DNA of 63,434 nt, the filler included, from an uncultured Rhodopirellula sp. (lineage in GTDB: Bacteria > Planctomycetota > Planctomycetia > Pirellulales > Pirellulaceae), in the NCBI GenBank assembly GCA_964007735.1. It is 4 parts of 4 records of this genome, joined end to end, with 100 filler letters (N's around TTAATTAATTAA, not from the genome) between each part and the next. Parts side by side here need not be neighbours in the genome. Positions count along the whole stretch, not along the records: positions 1 to 17,556 come from CAXGAI010000072.1; 3 more parts are not named here. One strand, given 5' to 3'. The notes under the pieces were generated by a model. The model ran no database searches and was not told where the DNA came from. It saw nothing but the letters and a program-made list of their open reading frames with translations. Positions 1 to 9,191 of the stretch are shown in pieces (the first letter of the stretch is position 1; the number at the start of each line of letters is the position of its first letter). The position numbers and the translations under genes were made by a program.

Positions 1-486
1 GCGAACGCTCGAATTGTGGATGGAAAGATCGTTACGACCGAACTTGGTGGTGACATTGGGAATTTGTTGGATCAACTCGAGGGGCTCGATCCGGAAAAGT
101 TTGAGAATATGAAAAAGTTTCCGAAAGTATTAGAGCTTTCCGAGGATGAAGAAGAACGCCAGGCACAGATCGCTCGAGTGAAGTCGATGATTGCAGAAGG
201 AGCTCCCGCCGCGCGGCGTGTTGCGATTCGTGCTTATGCCCGGGAACAAGGGTTGGATGCAGTGCCTATTTTGCTTTATGCTCTAACCGATCCGGATGTG
301 GTTGCCACACGGGAAGCCCGTAATGCTTTGCGTTTTATTAGTCGCCGGCTTAACGGCTTTGGTTTGCCGGATAACCCGACTCCTGAGGAAAAGGCAGAAG
401 CGATTGCCAAGTGGCGTAACTGGTATTTACAGGTAAGGCCCGAAGCGGAGCTTGAAGATGATGGAGTGCCAGGTGTTAGCCAGTAA
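1..486 (+). CDS. HEAT-repeat protein, 5'-partial
   Basis: Frame is open from base 1. HEAT-like segment AVPILLYALTDPDVVATREARNALRFISR. Confidence 0.7.
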   Translation, partial: ANARIVDGKIVTTELGGDIGNLLDQLEGLDPEKFENMKKFPKVLELSEDEEERQAQIARVKSMIAEGAPAARRVAIRAYAREQGLDAVPILLYALTDPDVVATREARNALRFISRRLNGFGLPDNPTPEEKAEAIAKWRNWYLQVRPEAELEDDGVPGVSQ

Positions 487-519
487 TCAAATGTTGCGGA
501 TGAGTAAAAGCAGGAACCA

Positions 520-1419
520 ATGAGTACCGTTGATCCTTTAGAACTGCCTGGTCGTCGTCATGTCCGCTATAAGGATATGATTAAAGTGACTTCTTTCGAG
601 AAGGTTACGAGCTTTCTATTCTCGCTGAATTTTCTGATGGGACTGTTCGTTATTGCCATGATCTTTATGTGGCTTGGAACAATTGATGTTCTTCGAATCG
701 AACCGGTACCGGTCGTGATGGTGGAACCTAAACCGCCTGGTGATAACCCTAAAGGCTACGAGGAAGACGTAGAGGCTCCAGGACTCGAGGAATCTCAGGA
801 CTTCACAGAACCTCGCATTGAAGAAACATTTCTGGCTGTTACGGATGCTGTGACGGCGACATCAGGAGCGTTGGTTGCCATGAACACAGGAGCGACTTCG
901 AGTAGCCATGGTTCAGGCCTGGGTGATAGACGAAGTCCCGGTGGTACCGGGGGTGGAGGCGGTAAAGACTACAGCGACCGTTGGAAAATTAATATCACTG
1001 CACGCAATATAGATAGTTTTGCCAGAATTCTCGATCAGTTTGAGATTGAGTGTGTTGTCTTTGGTGGAGGTGTTGCTACGTTCGACTATGCAAAGAATCT
1101 TGCTGATACTGCGCCCACAAAGTATTCATTAGAGAAGTCAGATGGACGGAGTGTCTACAATCCCTCAGAAGAGAATGCGATTGTTTGGACCAAAGAGTTA
1201 TGTGAAAAAGCCGGCATCAATACGTCTGGGCGTTTCCCGACACATGCCTATCCGATTGAGTTAAATGCGCTTTTGACCAAGATGGAATTTGATAAAGCCA
1301 AAGCTGCCGGGAAGACTATGGATGAAGTTCGACGTACGACATTTGAGGTTCGAGGTAATGGTGGCGGCTTCCAGTTTGTGATTACGAAGCAGGAATACAT
1401 GGTCGCGATTAGAAAGTAG
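520..1419 (+). CDS. single-TM membrane protein with Pro/acidic/Gly-rich linker; candidate TonB/TolA-like partner of ExbBD
   Basis: One N-terminal hydrophobic helix, EPVPVVMVEPKPP and GGTGGGGG linkers, globular C-terminus. Directly upstream of exbB. Confidence 0.6.
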   Translation: MSTVDPLELPGRRHVRYKDMIKVTSFEKVTSFLFSLNFLMGLFVIAMIFMWLGTIDVLRIEPVPVVMVEPKPPGDNPKGYEEDVEAPGLEESQDFTEPRIEETFLAVTDAVTATSGALVAMNTGATSSSHGSGLGDRRSPGGTGGGGGKDYSDRWKINITARNIDSFARILDQFEIECVVFGGGVATFDYAKNLADTAPTKYSLEKSDGRSVYNPSEENAIVWTKELCEKAGINTSGRFPTHAYPIELNALLTKMEFDKAKAAGKTMDEVRRTTFEVRGNGGGFQFVITKQEYMVAIRK

Positions 1420-1498
1420 ATTGTCCGGCAAGAGCTGGCTTCTCGGCTCTCGCAAGAATGCATTGATTCAATGCTTTTATAGAAGGAATTAGTTAAAA

Positions 1499-2185
1499 GT
1501 GAAAAGCTTATTGTTATTGGCTCAGGATGCCGCAGATAGCGGTGGTGGTACTGACTTATCCAAATATTTGGATTATCTCGGTAACAGTATTTATGGTGTG
1601 CTGGCGGTCATTGCACTTTGGGGTTTGTATCTTGTGATCATGGTGTGGCGTCGAGTTGGTGCCAAGCGATTCAAGAGTGAAACGCAGTTAAATCAATTTA
1701 TGGACACGGTGGATGAGCCATTGTTGGAAAGTGACTTCGATGGAGTCCTCGCTGTTTGCGACGGCAACAAACGAGCCATGGCGCAGTTGATCTATCTGGG
1801 CGTAATGAATCGCTCTTTGGGTTATGCTCAGGTCCGGCAATTGATGGCAGATCGTTTTCAGCGAGATGTGCTGGCGGATTTGGAAAATCGAACAAGCCTG
1901 ATTAACACTGTTATTAAGAGTGCTCCGATGGTTGGTCTGCTGGGTACAGTGGTTGGGATGATGGGGGCATTCGGAAAGCTGGCTTCGGCAGATCAAGTGG
2001 ACCCGTCAGTTCTTGCTGGAAATATTATGGTCGCTTTGATTACCACAGCCAGCGGTTTGGCCATTGCGATTCCGCTAACCGTTTTACTTTCATTTATCAA
2101 TATCCGTATTCGCAAGTTGGAAGATATGGTGGGGGTTGGATTGACTCGGTTCCTGCCCGCCTTGAAGCATGTTATGGATGACTAA
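1499..2185 (+). CDS. exbB: MotA/TolQ/ExbB proton channel family protein
   Basis: APMVGLLGTVVGMMGAF and ALITTASGLAIAIP signature helices. Confidence 0.9.
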   Translation: MKSLLLLAQDAADSGGGTDLSKYLDYLGNSIYGVLAVIALWGLYLVIMVWRRVGAKRFKSETQLNQFMDTVDEPLLESDFDGVLAVCDGNKRAMAQLIYLGVMNRSLGYAQVRQLMADRFQRDVLADLENRTSLINTVIKSAPMVGLLGTVVGMMGAFGKLASADQVDPSVLAGNIMVALITTASGLAIAIPLTVLLSFINIRIRKLEDMVGVGLTRFLPALKHVMDD

Positions 2186-2239
2186 GATACTTCGCGACTG
2201 AATTATCTACCCTGCGAATTCCCTATCACGAGTTTTAAA

Positions 2240-2725
2240 ATGTCAATTAACGACGCTGGTAATGAGTCTCCGTTAATGCCGGAACGCAAGATTGAAGATG
2301 CCGAAATGGATATCACTCCTATGATTGATATCACATTTTTGTTGCTGATCTTTTTTTTGGTGGCCTCCAAAATGGATTCGCCTGCTTCAGGTGAGTTGCC
2401 AACAGCGGTAGCAAATCGCCCGATCATGGCAGATAAAGCGATTGTTTTGAATATTGAGAAAAATGGCGATGGAATTAAGGTGACTTCTCCTCAGCAGTGG
2501 AATCAGCCAGCCAAGGAGTTTTCTGGCGATATGGATACGCTTATCGGGGAAGTTACTGAATATGTTGGCCGGATCGTGGCTGCGGATGAGGAGAAACAGG
2601 TGCTTTTACAAGCCTCCGGATTGGTGAAACATCGAGATATCTCCAAGGTTGCGCAGGCAGTCGGTAAGGTGGGGACGGATTCCTCCAAGAGTCTTTATGT
2701 TGCCGTGAAACAAGTGGGTCAATAG
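2240..2725 (+). CDS. exbD: ExbD/TolR family protein
   Basis: DITPMIDITFLLLIFFLV TM motif with the conserved Asp. Confidence 0.9.
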   Translation: MSINDAGNESPLMPERKIEDAEMDITPMIDITFLLLIFFLVASKMDSPASGELPTAVANRPIMADKAIVLNIEKNGDGIKVTSPQQWNQPAKEFSGDMDTLIGEVTEYVGRIVAADEEKQVLLQASGLVKHRDISKVAQAVGKVGTDSSKSLYVAVKQVGQ

Positions 2726-2739
2726 GACGAGGTGGCATT

Positions 2740-3231
2740 GTGTCTAATGAAGATGAAATGATCGAAGAGCAGCTTTCTTTTGGCGGTAAACTGCGGGAAG
2801 AGGACGAGTTAGATATGACTCCAATGGTCGATGTGACATTCCTGTTATTGATTTTCTTTGTGATGACTGCGGCTTTTACGATTCAGACATCGTTGCCCAT
2901 TCCGACGCCTCAAAGTGAAGAAGCTAGCACCAATGCAGTCCCCGAGGATACGGAGGAAGATCCCGAATTCATTACGGTGAAAGTCGACGCTGATAATAAC
3001 TTTTGGGTTACCGGGATGAATGGCCTTGATGAGGAATGCCCCGATGTAAAGGCATTGCGAACCCAATTGCGACTTATGAAAGATGATATGGGTGAAGTGA
3101 ATAAGGTCGTAGTGGAAGCTAACGAAGAATCACTGCATGCCCAAGTAGTAGCGGCGATTGACGCCGGCATGGTGATTGGGGTTGATCAGGTTCAATTGAT
3201 GACCGTAGCTGAAGACAACATTAACTACTAG
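2740..3231 (+). CDS. exbD: ExbD/TolR family protein (second copy)
   Basis: DMTPMVDVTFLLLIFFVM motif; C-terminal VVAAIDAG. Confidence 0.9.
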   Translation: MSNEDEMIEEQLSFGGKLREEDELDMTPMVDVTFLLLIFFVMTAAFTIQTSLPIPTPQSEEASTNAVPEDTEEDPEFITVKVDADNNFWVTGMNGLDEECPDVKALRTQLRLMKDDMGEVNKVVVEANEESLHAQVVAAIDAGMVIGVDQVQLMTVAEDNINY

Positions 3232-3256
3232 GAAATTTAGAGCAGCTCGTATAAGC

Positions 3257-5680
3257 ATGAATGCACAAGAATTCGTAGATCTACTGAGTACTCTTAACAT
3301 ACTGGATGCCGGTGCGATAGAGGTTTTGCGCGGTCAGGCTCAGGTAGGCAATAATCAATTGACTCCCCAGCAAATTCTTAAGTCATTGCTTGATGATGGG
3401 CAAGTCACACGTGACCAGGCAAAGCTAGTAGTAGCGAAGCTTCAGCAATCAGAGACTCATGGCAAAGTAGAAGATGAGGAAGAGATTGTCGACCTTAGTC
3501 AGTACGGTGGTGAAGCGGAAGTCGAAGAAGTTATCGATCTGGATGAGTTTAGTACTGATGAATTCGATGAAGAGGGTTCGGAAGCTAATTCGACTCAGCA
3601 AGGTGACTACAAACCTCATGATGAGGAGGAAGAAGCGAATTGGGGCGGCATGATGATTATCGGAAATGCGCTGCTCTTCGGTCTGTTTTGTGTGTTAGGT
3701 GTTATTTTGTACGTCGTGCTTGCCAATCACTCAGCCAAAAAATCCTGGGAGAGTGCGTTGAAACAGTATGAAGGGGGGTCGTATCAGCAGGCGAAAAGCC
3801 GCATGAAAAGTTTCATGGAAGAATTTCCTAGTGATAAAAATCGGAATCTAGCGGAAATCTATTTGGTCATGTCCGAAGTGAATATTCAGTTGGTGAGTGT
3901 TCGTAAGGATTCCATCGAAGAGATTCGTATCGCTCTGCTTAAAGGTGATACGTTGCCAGCCTTCCGCGAAGAAGCTGAAGTCGAGCTTAAGTCATTAATG
4001 CCAAGATTGGCTGAATATTATGTTAATGCAGCTAGGATTCTTCCTGGTGTTGAAGATAAGCGAGAGTACGTGGCACTGACTCAAAAGACAATTGATGTCA
4101 TACGTGAAGTTCAGGTTCTTAAGGATGCTCTTCAGGAAGTTGCATTTAACGAGCGAATCAAAGATATAGAAGCCGTTATGGCAGAAGCTCAGTTGTTAAT
4201 TGTTCGTAGTGAAGCTTTGGAAAAAACGTTGGCTGAAATCGACAAGTTCATCGCTGCTGATACTCTAGATAAGGCATTTGTGGCTCGAAATGACCTGATT
4301 GAGGAATATGCTGAATTGAGGACAAGTGATGAGTTGCGAAATGCCGTGATGAAAATTTCTGAAGCTGAACAGAGGCGAGTGATCAGCATAACGCCTACCA
4401 TAAAGCCTAATAATAAGCCCATTCCCGTGCCTCCGGAACATAAGGTCATTGTGGCCACTCGAAACGGTAAGAATATCTCCGGCGTTCAGGGGTACTTTGC
4501 GACAGTCCTTATAGGCGATAGCGTCTATGGAATTGAATTGCAAACCGGGCAAGCGAATTGGCGACGTTTCGTCGGTTTGCAGACAAATTTGCATCCAATT
4601 CGAGTTGCGGACGATGGATTGTCCGATACGATTCTGGTCGATGGTGTCAGGTACGAGTTGGTGCGAGTCGATTCTACCACGGGAGAGCAAAAATGGCGTT
4701 TGCCGATCGGTGGCGCTTTTACACAGCCAAAGATCTTTGATGGGAAGATCTACTGCAACACGCATCTTCAACGAAAGCAGTCGTTTGTTGATGAAAACGA
4801 TATGAGCGTTGAAAAGGAAGTATTAGTCGGTTCCCTGCTGACGATCGATCTCGAGACAGGAACGGTAGAACGGCAGATTCAATACCCCATGGGGACACAC
4901 GTTGAACCAGGATTTGATGACGAGAAAGGGATTATTTATCAAGTTGGAGACCATTCAAACCTTTATGCGATTTCGTCGCAGACCGGTGAGTGTATTGGTG
5001 TGTATTACGTGGGCCATGAAAATGGTAGGATTCCCGTGCCTGCCATCTATGCAGTTGGGTATGTGATTTTGGTTAAGAATGGAAATGAACGTTCGGAACT
5101 GCGTGTCTTGTTACATGATGAGAACGGTTTCTCACAGGGGCAGGATTCAAAGACATTACCAAGTCTCGTCCGAATGTCTCCTCAGGTGTTTGGTCGGCGG
5201 CTATTGGTGTCCACCGAACTGGGGCAGATTTATGTCTACGACGTAGATCCCAACCTACCGAATCCAATTGGGCCTTTAGCTGTCATGGCGTCGGTGGAAG
5301 GCGAATATGATGATCCGATTCGTGAATACGGAATGGCACGTGATGGTTTTTTGTATATGGGTGGCCGCGGTCTAGTTAAGTATCAAATTCAATCTCAATT
5401 GGGACAGCTTAAGAAGGATTGGGCTAAGTTTCAAACGGCCGTCTTTGTTGCTCCTATTCAGAAGTTTGGAAATGTAGTGGTGTATTCCCGGCAAAAACAG
5501 AATACAACCCGGATTACCGTTTCGGGGCACCCGGTAAACCAATTAGCCGCTGCCTGGGAGGTGGATCTGGCAAGGACCGCAGGTACGGCATTTGTGCCAG
5601 GTCCAAGACGTGATAATTATGTAGTTCGACCGCGGGCTGTTGAACAGGTTTTGGTGAATACTGTGGGAGCGGAGGAGTAG
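3257..5680 (+). CDS. bitopic membrane protein: N-terminal helical domain, acidic linker, TM, TPR/BamD-like helices, PQQ-like beta-propeller
   Basis: TM LLFGLFCVLGVILYVVL. TPR-like YQQAKSRMKSFMEEFP. PQQ-repeat motifs ELQTGQANW and DSTTGEQKW. Confidence 0.75.
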   Translation: MNAQEFVDLLSTLNILDAGAIEVLRGQAQVGNNQLTPQQILKSLLDDGQVTRDQAKLVVAKLQQSETHGKVEDEEEIVDLSQYGGEAEVEEVIDLDEFSTDEFDEEGSEANSTQQGDYKPHDEEEEANWGGMMIIGNALLFGLFCVLGVILYVVLANHSAKKSWESALKQYEGGSYQQAKSRMKSFMEEFPSDKNRNLAEIYLVMSEVNIQLVSVRKDSIEEIRIALLKGDTLPAFREEAEVELKSLMPRLAEYYVNAARILPGVEDKREYVALTQKTIDVIREVQVLKDALQEVAFNERIKDIEAVMAEAQLLIVRSEALEKTLAEIDKFIAADTLDKAFVARNDLIEEYAELRTSDELRNAVMKISEAEQRRVISITPTIKPNNKPIPVPPEHKVIVATRNGKNISGVQGYFATVLIGDSVYGIELQTGQANWRRFVGLQTNLHPIRVADDGLSDTILVDGVRYELVRVDSTTGEQKWRLPIGGAFTQPKIFDGKIYCNTHLQRKQSFVDENDMSVEKEVLVGSLLTIDLETGTVERQIQYPMGTHVEPGFDDEKGIIYQVGDHSNLYAISSQTGECIGVYYVGHENGRIPVPAIYAVGYVILVKNGNERSELRVLLHDENGFSQGQDSKTLPSLVRMSPQVFGRRLLVSTELGQIYVYDVDPNLPNPIGPLAVMASVEGEYDDPIREYGMARDGFLYMGGRGLVKYQIQSQLGQLKKDWAKFQTAVFVAPIQKFGNVVVYSRQKQNTTRITVSGHPVNQLAAAWEVDLARTAGTAFVPGPRRDNYVVRPRAVEQVLVNTVGAEE

Positions 5681-5737
5681 CTGAGATCATCTTCTAGACA
5701 GAGTTTAAGAGGTGTGATTCGGTGGAGAGTGTGACGA

Positions 5738-8700
5738 ATGAGCGTCGAACAATTTATAGATCAGATCGCCGGCAAAGGCCTTCTTGACGAAGCGTTATTG
5801 CAACGACTTCGTCGTGATGCCACGGCTGAGGGAAACCAGTGGAATCCACAGGATGTCATTAAATTTTTGGTTGAGCAGGGACACTTGACTCGATTTCAGG
5901 GCAAAAACCTGCTGAAGGAGTTGCTGGTATCCAAACCTGCCACAAATGACTCTCTCGATCTCGCAAGTAGTGAGTCCATCGATGGTTTGAGTATTGGTGC
6001 TGTCAGTGCCGATGACGAAGATGACGAAGAAATTATTGATCTCGAGGCTGCGATGCCTGCTAACATCGCTACGGAACAAAGTCAGCAGGCCGAAAACGAG
6101 ATTTTCGACTCAATGCAGACGAGTGCACTGCCTACCCCACCAGGCCCACAACTAGGAAGTTCAACCCCCTTGCAGCACGTCCCGATCCCTACGGACACTA
6201 GTGTGGCAACGGCTGTCGCTGAAACCTCGGGAGAGGTTGTTGGCTACGACGATGTGGAAACTCCTGTGACCTTGTTAGACAAACAGTTTAATAATCAGAT
6301 TTGGGACAAGCGGTTTCTATATTCCACGATTGCGGTGTTGATATTGTTAGTGGGCGGAGCCGGGACGTTCTATTTGATTGTTAACAGTCAGTCGGCTGAC
6401 GTTAAGTTTGCATCAGCTAGCGGTGCTTATGATACGTCTCAGTATGAAAAAGCGATCATCGAGTTTGCAGAATTCGCAGAGCAGTTCCCGACAAATTCTG
6501 ATGTTGATAAAGCCCGGGCTTTAGTCTATTTAAGCCGGATCCATCTGGCAGTTAGCACGAATCAGGCAGAAGCGATTGGTCAGGTTGAAAAGGCTGTCAC
6601 CATTGGTAAAGATATCCCAGGATTTTCCAGTCTGGCTCGTGACGAATTGAAGGTGCTGTTACCACGTTTTTCTGAGATGTTTCTCGCGCGAGCGGAATCG
6701 GCCAATATTCTCAAAGAGAAGGAAGAGAATTACGAACTTGCTGTTGATGCTCTCAATCTAATCAATCTTCCCGGCGCGTTGGGGACGACCAAAAGCGAAC
6801 CCAATGTCAGAGCAAAACTGGAAGAGCTGGATGAACGGATGGCTGGTGTAAAGCGGCATATTGATCGTGATACCAATTTGAGTAATGTCATGACTGAGAT
6901 GGAGGTAGCGGTTACTGAAAATGAAATTGCCGCTGCTTTTGAAAGTCTTTTTCAACTTCACAAGCTCTATCCAGAGCTTAAAGGAGACCGGCGTCTTAGT
7001 TCTGTACTAAACCAAATGCTTAATGCTGAGCGTAGTCTCGCCGGTGAGGTGTCAGCTAGATGGAAGGTTTCGGTGGATGCAGGTGGGTTGCCCCTCGGGA
7101 GCGAAGTAACAGCGACGAATTCCGGCGAATCCATTCCCGGTGCCCAGGGACAGAAAACTGTACTGGCGGGTGGAAATGTCGTAGCATTAGAGCTCTCTGA
7201 CGGAAGCGTTGTGTGGCAGCATTTTGTGGGACTGCAAACGGTATTGTCTCCGGTTCAAATTGGTGCGAGTAGTGTTTTCGCTAGTTCGCAAGATGACGAG
7301 GTGTATTCAGTTCAGAGTACTGACGGCACTTTAAACTGGCGTTTGCCGGTGGACGGTGAAATTACATCGATTTCAGCCAATGGCAGCAAAGTCGTTGTGA
7401 CGTTAAACGGTGAGAGTGGCGGCGTGCTGTTACTTGTGGATAGTAGCAACGGAAATGTTGAACTCCAAATCAACACGTCCATTGGCTTAAGTTCAGCCCC
7501 GGCATTCAATCGGGACTCGAGTGTTGCCTATCTAATAGCAGATCATTCTTATTTGTATGCCATTAGTTTGGAATCCGGAAAATGTCTCGATATATACTTC
7601 CTGAAACATAGTGTAGGCGCCGTCCCCTACCCCCCCGTGTTTGTGAATGACTATGTCATTGTTGCTCAGAATCTGGATGACGAATCTGGTTTAGTTGCCT
7701 TGCGCCAAGAGGGGCTAGGACGTTTTGAGAAGAGTGGTGATTTCGCTCGTGTTCCGGGAACGCTGTCTTCTGAGATCGCCTACGCGCAGAATCGGCTACT
7801 TGTTACGACTGAAAGTGGTGAAGTGAGACTGTTTGATGTTGTACCTCAGGAAGATTTAGTTACTCCTGTGATTGTCCCGTTAGCTGCTGCGACACTGGGC
7901 AATGAAGGACCGTCAAAGCATTTTGTTGAGATGGAAGCGGGCAGCGTGCGAATCGCAGCTGCCGGGTTGATGGAAATGAAAATTTCTAGTGATGGTCAAC
8001 TGTCTACGCCATCCAGTTTGTACCCGAATGATGTATTCGTAGCACGTACTCAAACAATTGGATCGGTTGTTATTGCTCAACGAAAACGTGCGGGCACAAG
8101 TGCCATCACCGTTTCAGCTATGACCGTCACAGGCCAAAGTAGTTGGGAGACGGATCTCGCCAGTTTGTCTGACAGTGTGATTGTTGCCAACGGTCAAACG
8201 GCCGTTACTGTCGATTCGCAGGCTCAGGTGTTTGATGTTCAGAAAGGTGGCAATGTTGAAATTGATAAAGTCCTGACTTCCGGTCGTGGTTATTCACACG
8301 CCGTTACAGTTGGTGAACAGTTAGTTTTACAGAGTTTGACAGGCGCTTCCGATTTGCTACTGTTCGATATGGTGGGAGCGGGCGAGACTGCAAAGCTTAT
8401 TACCCTTCAGGATTTGTCAGGATCCCCCGCAGGGCCGGGCGTAGCGTTTAAAGAACAGTTGTTGCTGCCATTAGTAGACGGTCAAATTGCATTGGTTGAC
8501 GTCACAACAGGAGGTCAGTCACTGGTTGCCTACCAGCCGGTAAAGGAGCCTGAGGAAGTAGTTCGCTGGTCAGTTGCTGCGTTGCCTTCTGATAACGCAA
8601 GTTCCTTTGTGGTTGTACGAGACCGCAAGGCGATTCAGAAAATCGGCGTTAGTCCACTTCCTGTCCCTCATCTCGAATTGCAGGCAGAAGCCACTTTTGA

Positions 8701-9157
8701 AGTACCTGTTTACAACCAGGTTGCAGCCACAGGTGAGACTGTCTATTTAATTCGACGGGGACGCAATAACGATGAAATCGTCAGTCTGTCGTATGATTCA
8801 CTCGAAGAGCTTCGTGTACAGGAGGTTGCGGGGCGAGTGGTTTGGGGACCTTATCGTGTTGGTGATTTGGTATTGGTATACACCTCAGCTAGTCGAGTGT
8901 ATTGCTTTGATGGCCAGCAACAATTGTTGTGGCGTAGCAAGCAAGTTGAAATGAGCCCTGTTGGAGCAGGGATTGAAGAGGGGGATAGTTTTTTGCTGAC
9001 CGGGGTGGGTGGAATTCTATGGCGTGTAAACGTGAACAACGGAGCAACGGTCAGTGAGTCTCAGTTGGGCAAGAAAGTGATCGGATCTCCGTTTGTGGTG
9101 GCTGGTGAAGTTTGGGTACCCACGGAAATAGGAGTTGTATCAGGGGCTGCGCAGTAA
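5738..9157 (+). CDS. paralogous bitopic membrane protein with TPR and extended (probably two) PQQ-like beta-propellers
   Basis: Same architecture as 3257-5680. YEKAIIEFAEFAEQFP; repeats ELSDGSVVW, STDGTLNW, DGQQQLLW. Confidence 0.75.
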   Translation: MSVEQFIDQIAGKGLLDEALLQRLRRDATAEGNQWNPQDVIKFLVEQGHLTRFQGKNLLKELLVSKPATNDSLDLASSESIDGLSIGAVSADDEDDEEIIDLEAAMPANIATEQSQQAENEIFDSMQTSALPTPPGPQLGSSTPLQHVPIPTDTSVATAVAETSGEVVGYDDVETPVTLLDKQFNNQIWDKRFLYSTIAVLILLVGGAGTFYLIVNSQSADVKFASASGAYDTSQYEKAIIEFAEFAEQFPTNSDVDKARALVYLSRIHLAVSTNQAEAIGQVEKAVTIGKDIPGFSSLARDELKVLLPRFSEMFLARAESANILKEKEENYELAVDALNLINLPGALGTTKSEPNVRAKLEELDERMAGVKRHIDRDTNLSNVMTEMEVAVTENEIAAAFESLFQLHKLYPELKGDRRLSSVLNQMLNAERSLAGEVSARWKVSVDAGGLPLGSEVTATNSGESIPGAQGQKTVLAGGNVVALELSDGSVVWQHFVGLQTVLSPVQIGASSVFASSQDDEVYSVQSTDGTLNWRLPVDGEITSISANGSKVVVTLNGESGGVLLLVDSSNGNVELQINTSIGLSSAPAFNRDSSVAYLIADHSYLYAISLESGKCLDIYFLKHSVGAVPYPPVFVNDYVIVAQNLDDESGLVALRQEGLGRFEKSGDFARVPGTLSSEIAYAQNRLLVTTESGEVRLFDVVPQEDLVTPVIVPLAAATLGNEGPSKHFVEMEAGSVRIAAAGLMEMKISSDGQLSTPSSLYPNDVFVARTQTIGSVVIAQRKRAGTSAITVSAMTVTGQSSWETDLASLSDSVIVANGQTAVTVDSQAQVFDVQKGGNVEIDKVLTSGRGYSHAVTVGEQLVLQSLTGASDLLLFDMVGAGETAKLITLQDLSGSPAGPGVAFKEQLLLPLVDGQIALVDVTTGGQSLVAYQPVKEPEEVVRWSVAALPSDNASSFVVVRDRKAIQKIGVSPLPVPHLELQAEATFEVPVYNQVAATGETVYLIRRGRNNDEIVSLSYDSLEELRVQEVAGRVVWGPYRVGDLVLVYTSASRVYCFDGQQQLLWRSKQVEMSPVGAGIEEGDSFLLTGVGGILWRVNVNNGATVSESQLGKKVIGSPFVVAGEVWVPTEIGVVSGAAQ

Positions 9158-9191
9158 TATTCGAGATGCGGTCCTGATGAAAGAACTACAA

